From positions 117,616,001-117,680,000 of the forward strand of contig NC_087437.1 of NCBI RefSeq assembly GCF_036321535.1: a DNA stretch of 64,000 bases, written 5' to 3'. This document shows positions 39,900-54,731 of the stretch, one piece after another (positions within the stretch are counted from its first letter, which is position 1; each line of letters starts with the position of its first letter). The position numbers were made by a program, and so were the translations under genes. The stretch comes from Camelus dromedarius. Its lineage: Eukaryota. The notes under the pieces were generated by a model. That model was not told where the DNA came from. It made no database searches and saw only the letters and a list, made by a program, of their open reading frames with translations.

Positions 39900-40560
39900 T
39901 CTAATTGTCACATTCAGTGGTTTCTTCTTGGTCCTCACCGACTTGTAGCCCCGACATTTCACGCCGTTGATCTTTTGTTCTTGGGCCTCCAGCTTCCACG
40001 GCACTGTGCGCTCCCACATCTCTTCCTACATCTCTGACTGCCACCTGTCACTCTCCTTTCCTGGACCCTGCCCTCCATCCATCCTCTAAGACAGGGTTTT
40101 CCCAGTAGCCTGTGCTCAGCCCTCCAGGAGCTGCATCATCCCATTACGAATAGCTCTCATATCCATCTTTTCCATTTTGCTCTCTCTCCTGAGCCCTAGA
40201 CTTGAATTTCAGATGCTTTGCTAGATATTTCTACATGAATGCCCATCATGAATTTTAAATGCCACAGTCTACCAACCCAGTTAATGAAGGCCTACCCAGA
40301 CTCCCAAACTCATCCCCAAGTGCCTTTTTCTCCCTATCTTTTAAAAAGCCATCCTCATCTTCCCAGAAATTAATACTTGAATCCTCAGTGCTCTCACTGA
40401 CACCTCCCTCTCCAGGTTACTTGTACTTGCAAAATATCTCTTGATTCCTTTTCGTTACCATCTTTATGACCCTGGTTCAAGGCTTTAACACATCTCATCA
40501 GCCCCCCGTAATGCATGAGTGCAATCAGGGCCCAGCTGCTGGACACAGGTTGCAAACGAC
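39900..40560 (+). mobile_element. L2 fragments
   Basis: Pyrimidine-rich L2-like blocks, e.g. ctctctcctgagccctagacttgaatttc...gatatttctacatgaatgccca. Confidence 0.5.
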
Positions 40561-43500
40561 ATCCCCCAGGTTTGAGGTGGACTGAAGCCTGGATCCGACC
40601 CTCGGGCACTTTTGGAATAGACTGTGATCATCCCGCAGCCCAGTGCATCCCACCGGCCTCACTTCGAGATGCATGCAGACAAGGGGTATTTGTGCAGCAC
40701 GCTGGGGTGAACGCAGGGGGATCTTCCTGGTCATGGTGGGGGCTGAGAGCCTCACCACCTTGGCTCACCTGTCCCTCCCTTGTGGCATAGTTGGTGAGCA
40801 GCTGTGGTGAGAAAACAGGTTGGGGGCTTACAGTCCTGGAGTCAAGAGCCGAGGTAGGAGGATGTGCAGGCGGGGGAGCCAGGACGACGGTCTGAGCTGG
40901 GAGGACGTCCACGGGAAGTGAGATGGAGGGAAACCGTGAGGGCGGAGGAGGCGCAGGGCACTGGCCGCAGAACTGAGGACAAGCAGGGCCGGGGGAAGGG
41001 AGGGAGGGGCAGGGACGACTCCCTGCCAGGTTTCAAGCTTAGGGAACTGGATGGACTGTTCATTCCCTACGAAGCACTGCCAGGAGAAAGATCTTGTTTT
41101 GGTGGAAAAAGAGAATGGTTCGGACATGCTGAGTTAGACGTGGGTGGGGACACCCCAGAGGAGCTATCCAGTGGGCACGTCAGGCTTAATAACGTGTCTA
41201 AGGCAGAACTCATTCCTTCACTTTCTGACTCTAGAATAACTGGCAATTCCAGGTTCCTTTGCTTCAGAATGTTCCCTGCTTTCCTCACTGTTGCTCACGC
41301 CTGCCTCAGCCGGGCCTTTTGTGGGGGACAAGGGCCCTCCTGTGCCGGGCAGGGCTGCCCGTGGCTGGCTGTGCTAACAAAGTAGTGAAGTTCAGACAGT
41401 AACTGAAACCCCAGAGCTTCTGAAAATTCAAGCTGACTCATGGAATGGGAATAACCATTTAAACAGAAGGGAGAGACTGCTCAGTGGTACAGGAAAACCA
41501 GAAACAAAAGCAAGACAGGCTGAGAAACTACTGAAAAAATGCACACGCACAGTTTGAATGAGCACAAGAATCTTCAAAATGCTTGACTTCTCTTCAGATT
41601 TATTCTCCTCCCAGGGTACGAGGAACGATGACTTCATTTTGGGGAAATTTACCAAGCTGACGTCTGCGTCCTTGCATCCCACTGCGATGTCACTGGGGAT
41701 TTACGATGCAAGAATCCACTTAGCATTTTCCTGTTGGCTTTCTCAGAATGTCTGTAACCCACCAAGCGATAGTGAGTAATTATAGGATTTTATTAACTTT
41801 TTTTGCATGTTATTTCACTAAAAGGGCCCCAGCAACGTCTGGGATTTGGCTCACTGAAATCACAGATACTCTGACTCAACGGTGGCTTCATACAGTGAAC
41901 TGGATCAAAGGAAAACCCAGTAACAAATTCCTTGGCAATAATTTGGCTGTAACACTCTTAGAGAAAGAAATGATGTGACTTGGCATTACTGTGAAATGGG
42001 TTTTGGCAATGTGATATAGCTGGACTTCGGCTTAGGAAGGATGGTGGCATTAAGGTTATCATTACAGACTCCAGGGTTGAAGGTCTGCGTATGCTTGCTT
42101 TGTGTATTAGCTTTAGTCTTGAGAAGTAAAAGTATTTAATATTTAAAAGCAAAACCTTATGTCCCTAAAGCACTTCATGACGGCATTGAAAATTACGTGT
42201 CTTTGTTTATGGGAGTGATGTACATTCTTCAACCTTCCCTCTCGAGGGGTAATTGTTTACAAACAAATATCATGAAAGCATTAACAGAGATGTCATTAAA
42301 AATAAACTGAAAAATTCTTTCATAGTGTGAAGAATATTTTTTGTATATGAATCTATTACATCCTAACTTACTGATTTTGAAATTTGTGGATTTTTATAAA
42401 TCCAATTTCCTAAAAGCGATGATCTGTCTTTAGTCTAAGTCCAATAAACAAATTAATTTGCTCTTTATTTATTTACATAACTAATATTATTTTTTAAATC
42501 ATTTTGTCCAAATGATTGAGAAAATGTGGAAGGCATTTATCTCCAGGGTTATTTTAAAATATAGGTCAAGAGAGCCCGGAGAGCCATATGCTGCTTCTGA
42601 GACTCAGCTGAACCCCGAGCACTTGACCTGTCTGTAATCCACAGATTTAGGAAGGAGTCTAGCCCAGCAACCCCCACTGAACGAACAGGGCTTATTAAGC
42701 CCCGAAAAGGCAACAGCATCTTGGCCTCAGCTGCCTTGCAGGATGCTCAGGTGTTAGACTGGATGGAACAAAGGTGTTTGTGGTTCTCCTGCACCACTGG
42801 AGCCCACGCGGGCTGCCCGCTGCCTGCAGGGGCTCTCACTTCACACCGAGTGATCGAGGTGGTGCCGGCAGCTGGGAAAGCTCGGTGAGAGCTGGAAATC
42901 CTTAATCATGGAGAGAAGCTCGGCACCACGTCTTTACACCCAAGGGCGTCCACGTTTGCTTGTGGCACGTCTGCCCAGCACCCCGAATACTCAGTGTCTC
43001 TGAGAGATCCGCTTTTTCACGCAAAGCTTTATTAAGTCGTATGAGGCTCTAATTAGCTCCTTTCAACAGTGTATGTTTTTTGATTAGCGCCCAAAGTAGC
43101 CCTTTCAAGTGTGTGAATTCTGCAAGCGAGCTCCCTTAATAATTCACGCACTCAGGCGGGAGAAAGCGCCGGAACAGTCGGTGGGGAGTGCTGTTCAGTA
43201 GAGGCATTTTATGGCCATTAAACCCCCATCCTTTGTGCTACTCCCAGTGCCAGTGCGGAGGCTGGATTCTCAAATCGTCTGTCTATCGTGTGTTCTTTGA
43301 CGTCTACAGACGCCGAGACAGCCGTGCCCGGGTGACGCCGGACAGAGAACTGAAGTGAGACACTGCGGTGACAATCTCTCCCGCCTGAACAGGCAGACAC
43401 AGGGCGCACGGGCTTTTCTCACCCTCCCTGCCCCGCATCTGCCTGTTTTTCATGGGAGAGGCTGAACAATGCTTCTGACAGTGATGATTAAGAGGAGTCC

Positions 43501-43717
43501 GGACGACACCGCCGCACTGCATCTGACTGGTGTAAGTCTGGGCTCGGTTTCCTTATTCATAAAGTGGGACTAAGACCGGAGCCCACCGCGGAGGGCGGAG
43601 GTGAGGCCTTAGTTATCAGACGCACGTGGAAGTCTCACCGGCGGACGTCTAGGATGTCAGTGGGTCTGCAGTTATGGGAATGAGCTGGGAACTTTTCTTT
43701 TGACCTTAATTTCTGTC

Positions 43718-44070
43718 TTTTATGGGTTGATTAGTGCCCCCCACCAAAATAGGTTCATATCCTGACCCTCAGAATCTGTGAACGTGACCTTATTTGGAGA
43801 AAGGGTCTTTGTAGATGTAATTAAGTGAAGGATCTTGAGATGAGATCACCTGAATTGAAGGTGGGCTCTGAGTCCAATGGCAAGTGCCCCTATTCTTTAA
43901 AAAGCAGAGGGAGATTTGAGACACAAAGAGGGGAGGAGGCCACGTGGGGTGGAGGCAGAGGTTGGAGGGATGTGGCCACGAGCCAAGGCCCATCAGAGCC
44001 AGCAGAAGACGGGAGAGACCAGGAAGGGGTTCTTCCTAGAATTTCTGGAGAGCGTGCCTCCCCAGCCCGC
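43718..44070 (+). mobile_element. MLT1 (MLT1C/D-like) LTR fragment
   Basis: ctgtgaacgtgaccttatttggagaaagggtctttgtagatgtaattaagtgaaggatcttgagatgagatcacc. Confidence 0.85.
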
Positions 44071-44692
44071 AAGTCGCACCCTTCGCCACAGCCTGCCAGA
44101 GCCCAGGCCCCGCTCTGACTCATGCCTGGAAGGGTGACAGGTGATTTAGCTATTATTTCCATGTTATGCCTTATTATTTGACGTAATGGTCCATTTCTCA
44201 TCCTCCTGTCACTGCCTTCTGGGAACTTTCGGTGCCATTAATATCCCCCAAAATTCAGACTGAAGTCAGCATCGATTTCTCCCTTTGTCCCTAATCGCTT
44301 TGCTCACTGGTGCCTGGCCTCCGGCCCTGAACCAGTACGGATACCCCGGCCATCCCACGTCCACGCTCAGAGCTAGCCGCTCTCCGGCAGGGGGCCTTCC
44401 AGCCCTGCTCAGCCTGCTTATGTGAAAACTGCTGTATCAAACATGCCTCTTTTTAGCTGAAAACCAGGAGGCTCCTCCTTCCTATCAGGAAAGCAAAATG
44501 TCCTGAACTTTCTCAGTCTATTCAGACCCACATGCAAGGCTTGAATGAGTTTTAGCTTCGGAAGAAGACTGGCAAAGTCAACACTGAGACAGAATGAGAA
44601 TGGGTCAGTTCAGAAAGCCTGTCGTAGATGCACATTCCCTGAGTCTGGCTCAGGCTCTGCCACCTGCCACTGGGGAAAGAAAGTCTTCGGTC

Positions 44693-44919
44693 TAGAATAG
44701 TCTCAGCTGAGAGCAATTTTGCCCCCCAGGGGGCACGTGGCCATGTCTGAAGGCTTCTTTGGATGTCAGGGTTGGTGAGACGGCTGCTACTGTCTTCTAG
44801 ACAGAGGCCAGGGGTCCACTGGTCAACATCACACAAGGCACAGGCCAGCCCCGCACCACCACTGCCCAAAAGAATCACCCCATCCTGAATATTAATGGCG
44901 CTCCTGTTGAGAAAACCTG
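44693..44919 (+). mobile_element. MER20 hAT-Charlie MITE
   Basis: caattttgccccccagggggcacgtggccatgtctg...ctgctactg...agaggccaggg...aaagaatc...gttgagaaaacctg. Confidence 0.8.
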
Positions 44920-46500
44920 GTTTAGATGATCCAAGTTCCTAACTCCAAGTGGATCTTTATTTCACTTTAATTTTCCTTGAAAAGTGTCAGGTTCAATTAG
45001 AAGAAGGAACAGTACCCCTCTGCCTCTTCTAGACCACAAGGAATTACGGCCCCAGTTCTTTAGGGGAGAAAGTAAGGGACCGGCCCGATGGAGCAGCAGT
45101 TAGAAGGTCCGAGCCTGGCCTTACCTGACGAGGTGGGAGCTTAGAGCAACGGGAGGGGCACGGGTGGGAGACGGCTGAGCTTTGCCTCCCTCTGCCTCCA
45201 GGAGTTCCGTGACCCCTTCGCGTTTCAGTTCTCATCTCTAGTCAAGGGAAACAGGCATGATGATTTCCAGCGAAAGCCTTTAAGCCTAAAAGAATTTTTG
45301 TTAGGCACTGAACTATCTGGTTTGTGAGAACAGGTCAGGCACCTCTGCGTTCGGAATGGGGTTAAGTAAAGAATGAACAAATGCATTTCTGGGAGCCTAA
45401 AGTCCCAGGGGGCATGGCAGCAGCCTCCCCCCTGCGGTGCAATTCCTGGTTAGTCAGCAACCGTGCAGACAGGTGCATGAGTTCACAAAACGTCGTGCAG
45501 AGTGGAAATGCAGCAGCGTCCCCATGGGCTTCCGTCTCCTCCGGGGACACATCAAAAAGAACTTTCATCAACTTCTAACAAGGTCTGCGATCTCTGCTTG
45601 GATGGAGCTGGATACTGATGCAAAAGTGAGAAGCCAAGGATGCTTCCTCGAGTTCTAGCAATTTCCATAAAAACCACAGAGATCAGACTGGCAAAGACAC
45701 TACAGTATCAAAGAGCCCGTCACAGAGGGGAGCGTGGCGTCCGCCCACGCCGGAGGCTGACAGGATCTAACACTTTCCCAGTTTAATATTAATGTTGCAG
45801 CTTGGTAATGAAAACCTGTAAACAGACCTCTCTCGGTAAATGCATCTTCACTCCCAAATGGCCCCCAGGAAAAACTCTAAATAAGTGATGTGAGATGGAT
45901 ATCGAGGTCCGTGTCCCAGGGCTCTGTTACGGCTCTTGGCTCGTCCCAGGGAGACTGCGTGCATTTTTAAGAGCTCGTTGGTGTGATCCTCCCCCTCCCT
46001 CGCTGGTGAACTTTGAAAACTACACTGAGGTATGCAGCAGGCCTTTGTGCTTGGTGTGCTCCCCATTCTTCTGAAATTGAGTCTTTCTGAATAAAAAGTG
46101 GGATTGGAAAATCTGCTCAGAACGTGGGCAAGTGGAGAACTCGCCGGCGGGGATTTCGGAGCTCCTCGTGGGTAAGGGTCCATGAGGTTCAAAGCCAGCT
46201 CCAGCTCCCACGTGAGATGCCCCGGGACCCACACACTGGGTGCCCCCGAGGAGGACCCCTGGGGGGACTTGTACCTGCTCAGCCACGAGGCTGGCAGCCC
46301 CATCTCGATCACCCTGCGTGTCACCCCACAGGAGGCCTGAGGGAACTGGAGAGAGGATTCCAGGCAGGGGAAATCAATGTTTAGGAGGCCAGAGAGTCGG
46401 AGCTCGGAGAGCAGGGATCAGATGTCGAGGAGGACGAAGCTGGCCTACCAAGAGCCCCCGAGGTCTCTACCCAGAAAGCAGTGGGTAGGCAAGGAAGGAA

Positions 46501-46591
46501 TTTTAAAAAACTTTTTTTAATGAAGGGACTGGGGATTGAACCCAGGACCTTGTGCGTGCCAAGCATGCGCTCTGCCACTGAGCTGCACCCC
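46501..46591 (-). mobile_element. tRNA-Ala-derived SINE (camelid Vic-1-like)
   Basis: The reverse strand reads ggggtgcagctcagtggcagagcgcatgcttggcacgcacaaggtcctgggttcaatccccagtcccttcattaaaaaaag: A box, B box (GGTTCAATCCC) and an A-rich tail. Flanks gaaggaattt/gaagggactt resemble a TSD. Confidence 0.85.
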
Positions 46592-47340
46592 ACAGAAGGG
46601 ACTTCAACACGAGGGGCTGGACTACATTGCTTGAATCCCGGTTTGCTGCGTCCCCGCCTGGGAGCAGGATGCGCTGGAGCTTGGCGCCAGCCGCACCCAC
46701 ACGGGACCGCGGTGAGAGGCTGCCCTCTGCGCTCTACTTCCTTCCTTCTGTACCTTCTCAGGACCTTCAGGTTGCTCTGGCTTACCGTGACATCCCACCA
46801 GGCTGTGGCGGGGGGGGGGGGGAGGAGCCCCTGTCTTCCATAAGCTGGGCTTTGTCTTGTTTCTCGGACCTCCTCGGTTTTCTGTCTTGTGTCTTTGGGA
46901 CCCTTTGTCTTCTGTCTATGGCACTACATGCTATTCTGGTTAAAATAAGGAGCCTGCTAGAGGGGGTGGCTTAATGCCTCTGATGTCTTAGGGTGATACC
47001 TGGAGTGGCATCTTTTACAGAGAAGATATTCGCTAGAGGTGGGTTGAGTAAGTGGGTGTATTACACTCGTGTTTGGACGGGGCATCTGGAGACACAGCGC
47101 ACTTGCAGGCAGGCGGTGAGCCTCTGCTGGGCATCCGTACACCGCCCTGGAGTGCAGAGCTGCCTTCTGGTCACACAGCAGGACACAGGTGGCCATCCTG
47201 CCCTTCGTCACGGCCCAGGCCCCCTCCTCACCTTCCACCACCTTCCGCAGCAATGGGAGCTGAACCTCGATACATCAACCGAGGGAAACAGCAAGCCACC
47301 TACAGGCTCAGAAGCCAGAGCCAAGGCGGTCGGAATGAAA

Positions 47341-47596
47341 GGTGGGGGTGGGAAGGGAGGAACTGGGGGTTTGAGGTTTGCAGACACTAACTACTATGTA
47401 TAAACTAGATAAACAATGAGTTTATACTGTGTAGCACAGGGAGCTATATTCAATATCTTATAGTAACTTATGGTTAAAAAGCACACGAAAACGAATAAAT
47501 GTACGTCCCTATATGACTGAAGTACTGTGCTGTACACCAGAAATTGATACAACATTGTAAACTGACTATACTTCAATAAAAATATTTTTAAAAAAG
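47341..47596 (+). mobile_element. 5'-truncated L1 3' end
   Basis: tagcacagggagctatattcaatatctt...ctgtacaccagaaattgatacaacattgtaaactgactatacttcaataaaaa. Flanks gaatgaaag/gaatgagag resemble a TSD. Confidence 0.88.
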
Positions 47597-48199
47597 AGAA
47601 TGAGAGAGCAAATCTCTGTGTAGCTGGGGCTGCAGCAATAAAACAGCGGGAGCACGAAGTCGGCTCGGGGCTTCGGGGCTGTAAGCAGGCGGGGGCGACA
47701 GGCAGGTGGGCTGACAGTTCCAAGCCTGGGACCCTTGGAACAAGTCTTGCCATCGCTTTATGTGTCTGAGGGACATCAACAAAGAACAGACTAAAATTAC
47801 AGACGGGTCCTTAAGAAGACAAAATTGCCAACGCGCATCGGGGAGGCTTGGTTTTCTAGCAGGAAGCCAGCTGGAATGGGCACATTCAAATGTTTAGGTC
47901 GACCTAGAGCTGCGTGAATAGCAATATTCAAAGGCGCTTCATGGCCCCAGGTCCTTCTAAGTTTAACTTCTAACTTTAGGTGGGACTGTTAGAAAGTTTC
48001 ACTTTTGGCAGCTCAGAGGGAACTCCCCTTCTGTGATGGGGATGCCAAGTTCATTACTATCCGCCTTTCTCTCCGCCCCTCCCTTGGCCTGGACCACTGG
48101 CCCTCAGGGGCTCCCCTCCCCCCGCCCCCCGCGACTGACTGCCGATCACTCCTGTCTCCACTCCTGTCTCCAAAACACCTCCTGCCAGACTTCATCCCC

Positions 48200-48380
48200 C
48201 TCCTCGGTTTACTTCTCTTCCCAGCACCGACCATGATCTGAAACAATATTACCTGTTTACTGGGTTAGTGTCTGGCACCCCCCAGGAATATAAGCTCCTT
48301 CCAAGTGGGGTCTTTGTGAATTTTGCCTACTGTTGACTCCCCGGCTCTGACAGCAGGGCCAGTCCTGGAATGGGCGCCAG
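48200..48380 (+). mobile_element. L2 3'-end fragment
   Basis: aggaatataagctccttccaagtggggtctttgtg...ctactgttgactccccggctctgacagcagggcc. Confidence 0.55.
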
Positions 48381-49889
48381 GAAGCGCACACTGAGGGCGA
48401 GGGGAGCAGGGACGGTGTTGGGGAAGGAGCAGGGCCGTGTCTAGAAGGCGGAGGCCAGGGGAACACAGCAGCGTGCGGTGTGCGCGCATGCGTGTGTGTG
48501 CGTGACTGTGTGTGCAGGCATCCAAGATAGTTGCACATGAGACCCTTGCCGTAGCTCTTGGAATCACATTCATGACAGAAATTTCAAAATTGAATTTTAA
48601 CGATGTGCCAAGAAGAGAAGGAGGATGTAAGCCCCTCATGGGGGTGGGGGCAGCCCCCGACCCAAGGAGAAAAAGAAAGAAGGAATATTCTTGCTTGAAG
48701 GGAAGGGGTGTGACACTTGGGTCCTGAGGTGGGAGCCCTGCACCCGTTTACCTGCCAGGAGCGGAGCTCAAGTCCTCAGGTGGTGAGGGAGATGCAGGTA
48801 GGGGAGGGGGTCGCTTGGCAGTGAAGCTCTGTGGATCATTCTGATTCATGAGCCAACAGGAGAGCCACGCAGGCTTCGAGGGGAGAAGAGCACGTCACGA
48901 GGACAGCTGAGAGCAAGGCCAGCCTTTGTGGGGGTGTGACCTGAGCAGAGGTCCGCTGGGCCTTCGGTGGGGGGGGGGGCTGCCTCTCACTCCTCTCTCT
49001 TCTCTTCTGTTAAACACACACACCCAGAAGAGCATGAGGTATGGGACGACTGGATCCTAAAATTAAAATTCCAAACTGCTTTGCATAACTGGTTGCTCAA
49101 AGAAGCAGCAAGTTGGCGGCAGGCGGTGGCCACTTCCAGCTGGAACACCTCAGCCACGTTCATGGTGGCGGGGCTGCGGGCTGAGGTGCAGGTGTTTAAG
49201 GCTGGGGTCCCACGGTCTAAGTGCAGAGATCTCATGGGCAGGTGCTTCTCCTGTTGCTGGTGGGGCCAGGCTGTATTAGGTTGCATATTTGAAGTTTTAA
49301 TTGATTTAAGCAGCTCCCTGCAGTGGCAGCTTGACTGCACAGGATAAGCATCATGAATAAAGAAGGAGCAGTAACCCAAGAACGTGAGACACTGGCTCCA
49401 GGTGCTCCCCGAAACCAAGAGAGGGACGGGTGTCAGAGCATCAGAGCCACCTTGACCAAGAGGAAAAGAAGCTGCTAAACCTTCCAGCTATTTCTCAGGG
49501 GAACAGTTTTGTTTGTTTACTATGTTTTTTGTTTTTAAAGACGGAAAGAGTCTCGACTTAGGGAAGAAAACAAATCACATGACTGGTATTGTATTTAAAA
49601 TCCACTAGTCCTAGAAAGGCAGCTGATTCAAAATTCAGGTGTTGTTAAAAATCTAAAGCTGGATTCTGACGCCTGCCTTGGTACGAGCTGTCCACATTTC
49701 ATGGCGAGCTCTTCCCCATCTGTGGAAGAGATTTCCTTTCAACTTCAGAGCAAGAATAGAAAATAAATCCCTTTGTTTCAAGTTAGGCTGGAAGAGGGCA
49801 TAGACCTAAAGATACTCTTGCATTTTCCTCAAAATTTCTAACCATTGCAGTATGTGAACAGATTGGCCAATCTTGCCATCACAATCATG

Positions 49890-50060
49890 ATACATTCATT
49901 TATTCAATAGCGTTTATGAAGCACCAAGTGTGTATCAGACACAGTGTTAGGAGTCTATGTTCAGCACCATTAAGTCAGTTAAAAATATTTCTTGAGCACT
50001 CACCCTGCTGACAGGTGTCTGCTAGACTCCGGGAGAGAAATACGGAGGTAACTAAGATAC
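49890..50060 (-). mobile_element. L2 3'-end fragments (antisense)
   Basis: attcatttattcaatagcgtttatgaagcacc...gtatcagacacagtgttagg. Confidence 0.55.
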
Positions 50061-52089
50061 ATTTCCTATTTTTTCAAAGCCACAAACTGGCCAAGTTCAT
50101 TTAACTTAACCCCATTCACAGAGAATTTAAAAGTGTGAGACTGTGAAGGAAAAAAAAAAAGATCACAGAAGACGGAGAATTGATGGCGAGGAGAAGGAGT
50201 CCAGAGATCTGGACGGCTGACAGCACTCAGAACACAAGGAGCTGCAGCTAAGACTGCTGGCCGGGGCACAGCCTCCAGCCAGCAGGACGGGAAACTGTGA
50301 CTTGGGGTCTCGTGCTAAACTCCGTTCTGTTGTAAAGGAGCAAAACAAAGGCTTCCAGAAGGACGAACTAGTTTTCTAAAAGCATATCAAACGTCCAATA
50401 ATAATACAGCCCTCTAGAGCGGACAAAACAAAGGCTGTCGGCATTGGAAGTCACACAGATTTAAAATCTTACTCAGACCTAAAGATGAAAACCATTTTAG
50501 TCTAAATAGAATCTTAAGACAGTCTTTTGTATCTCACTTAGCTGTGATCTTTCTGTTCCCACGGATCCAGGCAACAATGTCATGGGACTCGCTCACACAT
50601 TTTTTTCAATATGAGTTGAACGACACGCCATCCAAAGGAAGCAGACTTTAATGATGTCAAGGTCTGCGTGCAGGACGGACGTTTGGCCCAGGGGATCATG
50701 CTCTGCCAGCGGGGGTGTGGCCCGTGCCTCCGATGGCAGCGTGAAGGACAGACTGGGAGGCCCACAAATGAGGTGGATGCTCTCCAGCAATCCGTGGCCA
50801 CGGAAGGTAAATAAACCAAAGAAGGAAGGAGACGGGGAGCCGGCAGCACGTCTGCCGAGCATCATGGGAGTCACCGTGGGAGCTCTGACAACAGGTAAAG
50901 GAGGCAGCGACTAAGGCTGGGGATGCCCGCACCCGGCGACCTACAGCTCACACAAGCCCCCGATGGCGGGCGCCGATGGGACGCCCATTTCACAGATGGG
51001 GCAACTGCAGCCCAGCGAGACTAAACAACATGCCCGCCGGCACCCTTTCTCCTCTCTGGCCTTCCTCGCCCTCAAGCTGCATAGCCACAAAAAGCCATGG
51101 CATTTATCCTCCGTTTTCTGCATCTGCCTTGCAAATAAACGCCAACAACCAACAGTACTTGAATGCAAACACCCCACAAGTAACGACTCGTCCCCTTCCC
51201 GAGGAGAGGGACAGCATGGAAATAAATGAAGCCATCATTCTTTATTGTCTGTGGGCAGGGATCTTGGCTTGGTTTGGAAGATTAGTTGCCAGATAGACAA
51301 TTCTTATTTTATGTATTTTTATGCATTTATAAAGCTCATTGCCGCTTGGCCGTATGCCATAAACCCCAAAGGGACCTTGGTAATTTAAAAAGAAGATAAA
51401 TTTTTTAAATGGAACCTGTATGGTGGTTCAGAAAATGGGGACAAAGAGAGAAATAAAACTGGAGTCAACAAGAACGGATAGGCCGGTGCACGAAGCCAAG
51501 CCTACAGGCGGGTATTTCAGGGCTACGAAGAAAAAGCGATCCTTCAGACGAGACCCACAGCCCAGGCTGCAGCGGGGTGGACCCGACCTAAAGATGTGCT
51601 TTATTTGCCCCGCGCGATGGTTTGCAAATATCCGAGCAAACACTCAAAAACTACGAGTCTCCATCTAAAACCCAAATTTCTGCTTCTCTGGAGAAACTCG
51701 CTCGTCCTCGGCCCCACTTGGGATCAGCCAGCGGAGCTGCTAGAGTCCTCTTCCTCTAGATGGTCACTGACTCTTGAATTGTCCCTGTCTCCACCCCTCC
51801 CTCCACCTCCCTCCCCTTCCTCTTCGCTCATTTACATGATCTGCCAGGCCCTGCAGGTCTTAGAGTTGGCAGCTCCCACCCACACACCCAGAATACTCAA
51901 GGCAGAGACCAAACTACTGCTTTTCCCAACATTAGCCATTTACAGTCACTTGGGGTCACTCTGCGAAGCCAAGTCCCAAAGGCTGGCTCACTGGCGAGAC
52001 TGCTCTCCTTCTGAAACCCTCAGGCCCCCACATTGTTGACGCTTCTCTCACTGAGCGGTGGAGAGCTCCCTCTCTAGAATCTGGGCTGC

Positions 52090-52875
<786 letters not shown>

Positions 52876-54022
52876 TCAGCCCAGGTCTGCACTGACCGGT
52901 GGCTCTCTGGGGCTTGGGGCGCTCTGTCCCCGGACACCGTGCGACCCTGCAGGACTCCCGGGTCTTTGTCTGAGGACTGCCTTTGTCACCGTGAGGCAAG
53001 CTTCTTGAGACTCAGCAAAGTGGCCTCAGGGTGTCAACTGAATCCCTGGAGTCAGAGGTCCCCAGCCGGGGACATACCCTGGGATCAGGAAGACACTCCC
53101 CTGGCAAAGTTCTGCCTCTAGATAAGACAACGGGGAGCCAGCGTAAATGAACTGCAGTGCCCCCTCCACCCCCCGCTCTGTCTCGCGAGTCCACTCGGAC
53201 CCCAGAGCATCATTCATCGGCGGGGAGGCCGCGAGCTCTGCGCTCAGCTGCTCAGGCCTCCGCGTGGCGGGAAGACGCAGTGATGGTCAGACGTGAAGCT
53301 GTGAACTGCAGGGAAACTGGCCCCTGGGCAGAAGTCCCCAGACCCCGGCTCCTCCTTTGTGTCTGCCACCGTTTCTGGGGCCCAGAAAACAGCCCGGGAG
53401 ATGAATCTCTGCCTTGTAAGCTCACTAAAAAGTTCTCAAGTCACCTCTGTGGAACTCTGAGCTTCTTGTAACAGAAGTAACTGGCATAAAAATAAACGTA
53501 CGTGGTGACACCCCACCTCTGGAAGACTATTTTTGAAGTATATCCTCCAGAACAAAAGAAAACGAGTATTCAAGCTCCCTACAGCTATTAAGTTGAGATA
53601 TAATTTCTTTTCAAAATTTAAAGTTTGGTTGGGGAGGGAGGGTCACCCAGTGCTACACTCGGGCTGTCTCCTCTCCAGAGTGAAATCTGGCTGGTGGCTG
53701 GCAGAGACGAGGTGACTTACCTTGTCATCAGCCCTTGTTTAACAGTCAAATGGCTCAGCCACATCCCCTAGAGAGGGGGCCGTGACCTTGTCATGTAACT
53801 TCAAGTGCAGCGTCTTCATTCTGGAGGTGGCAGCGGGGCAGACGCCCTCAGGGTATAATCAGAATGATTGTAACCATGTGGGAGAACATTAAGACATTTC
53901 TGTGTTTTTCTCAGCAGGGCAGGAACTAAAAGGGGGGAGAGCACATGGGTCTGAGATTCGGGACGCCTGCAGAATAGATTCCCTTGGTTCTGTCTGCAGA
54001 ATTCACCAGGCCCTGGACATCA

Positions 54023-54391
<369 letters not shown>

Positions 54392-54731
54392 CTAGGCAGG
54401 TGGTGAGCCGTGATCAAGGTGCTGAGTGGGGTGCTCCCAACCCAGCCCTGTGACCCACCCAGCAGGTGGCTTCCTCCAGGAAGCCCTCCATGACTGCCCC
54501 TTTCTCTTATGGTCGGCCTGAAACATTCACGTGATACCTAAACACTTAACCCAGCCCTGTAGGGAAAGAATGTTCCATTTGGACTCGGGAGTTACAGATT
54601 TGAGTCTTGCTCTTGGCTTTGAATAGTTTCATGACCCCCTCATATCACTTCCTGAGAATCACCACCTTCTGTCCAAGGAGGGAGTTAGGCCAAATACGCT
54701 CTCAGGTGGTTTCCTTTCTACGGTTTTGCCT

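Noticed and set aside
46520..46591. Possible tRNA-Ala gene
   Set aside because: The acceptor stem and anticodon arm are degenerate, and it has an A-rich tail and TSD-like flanks, so it is a SINE.
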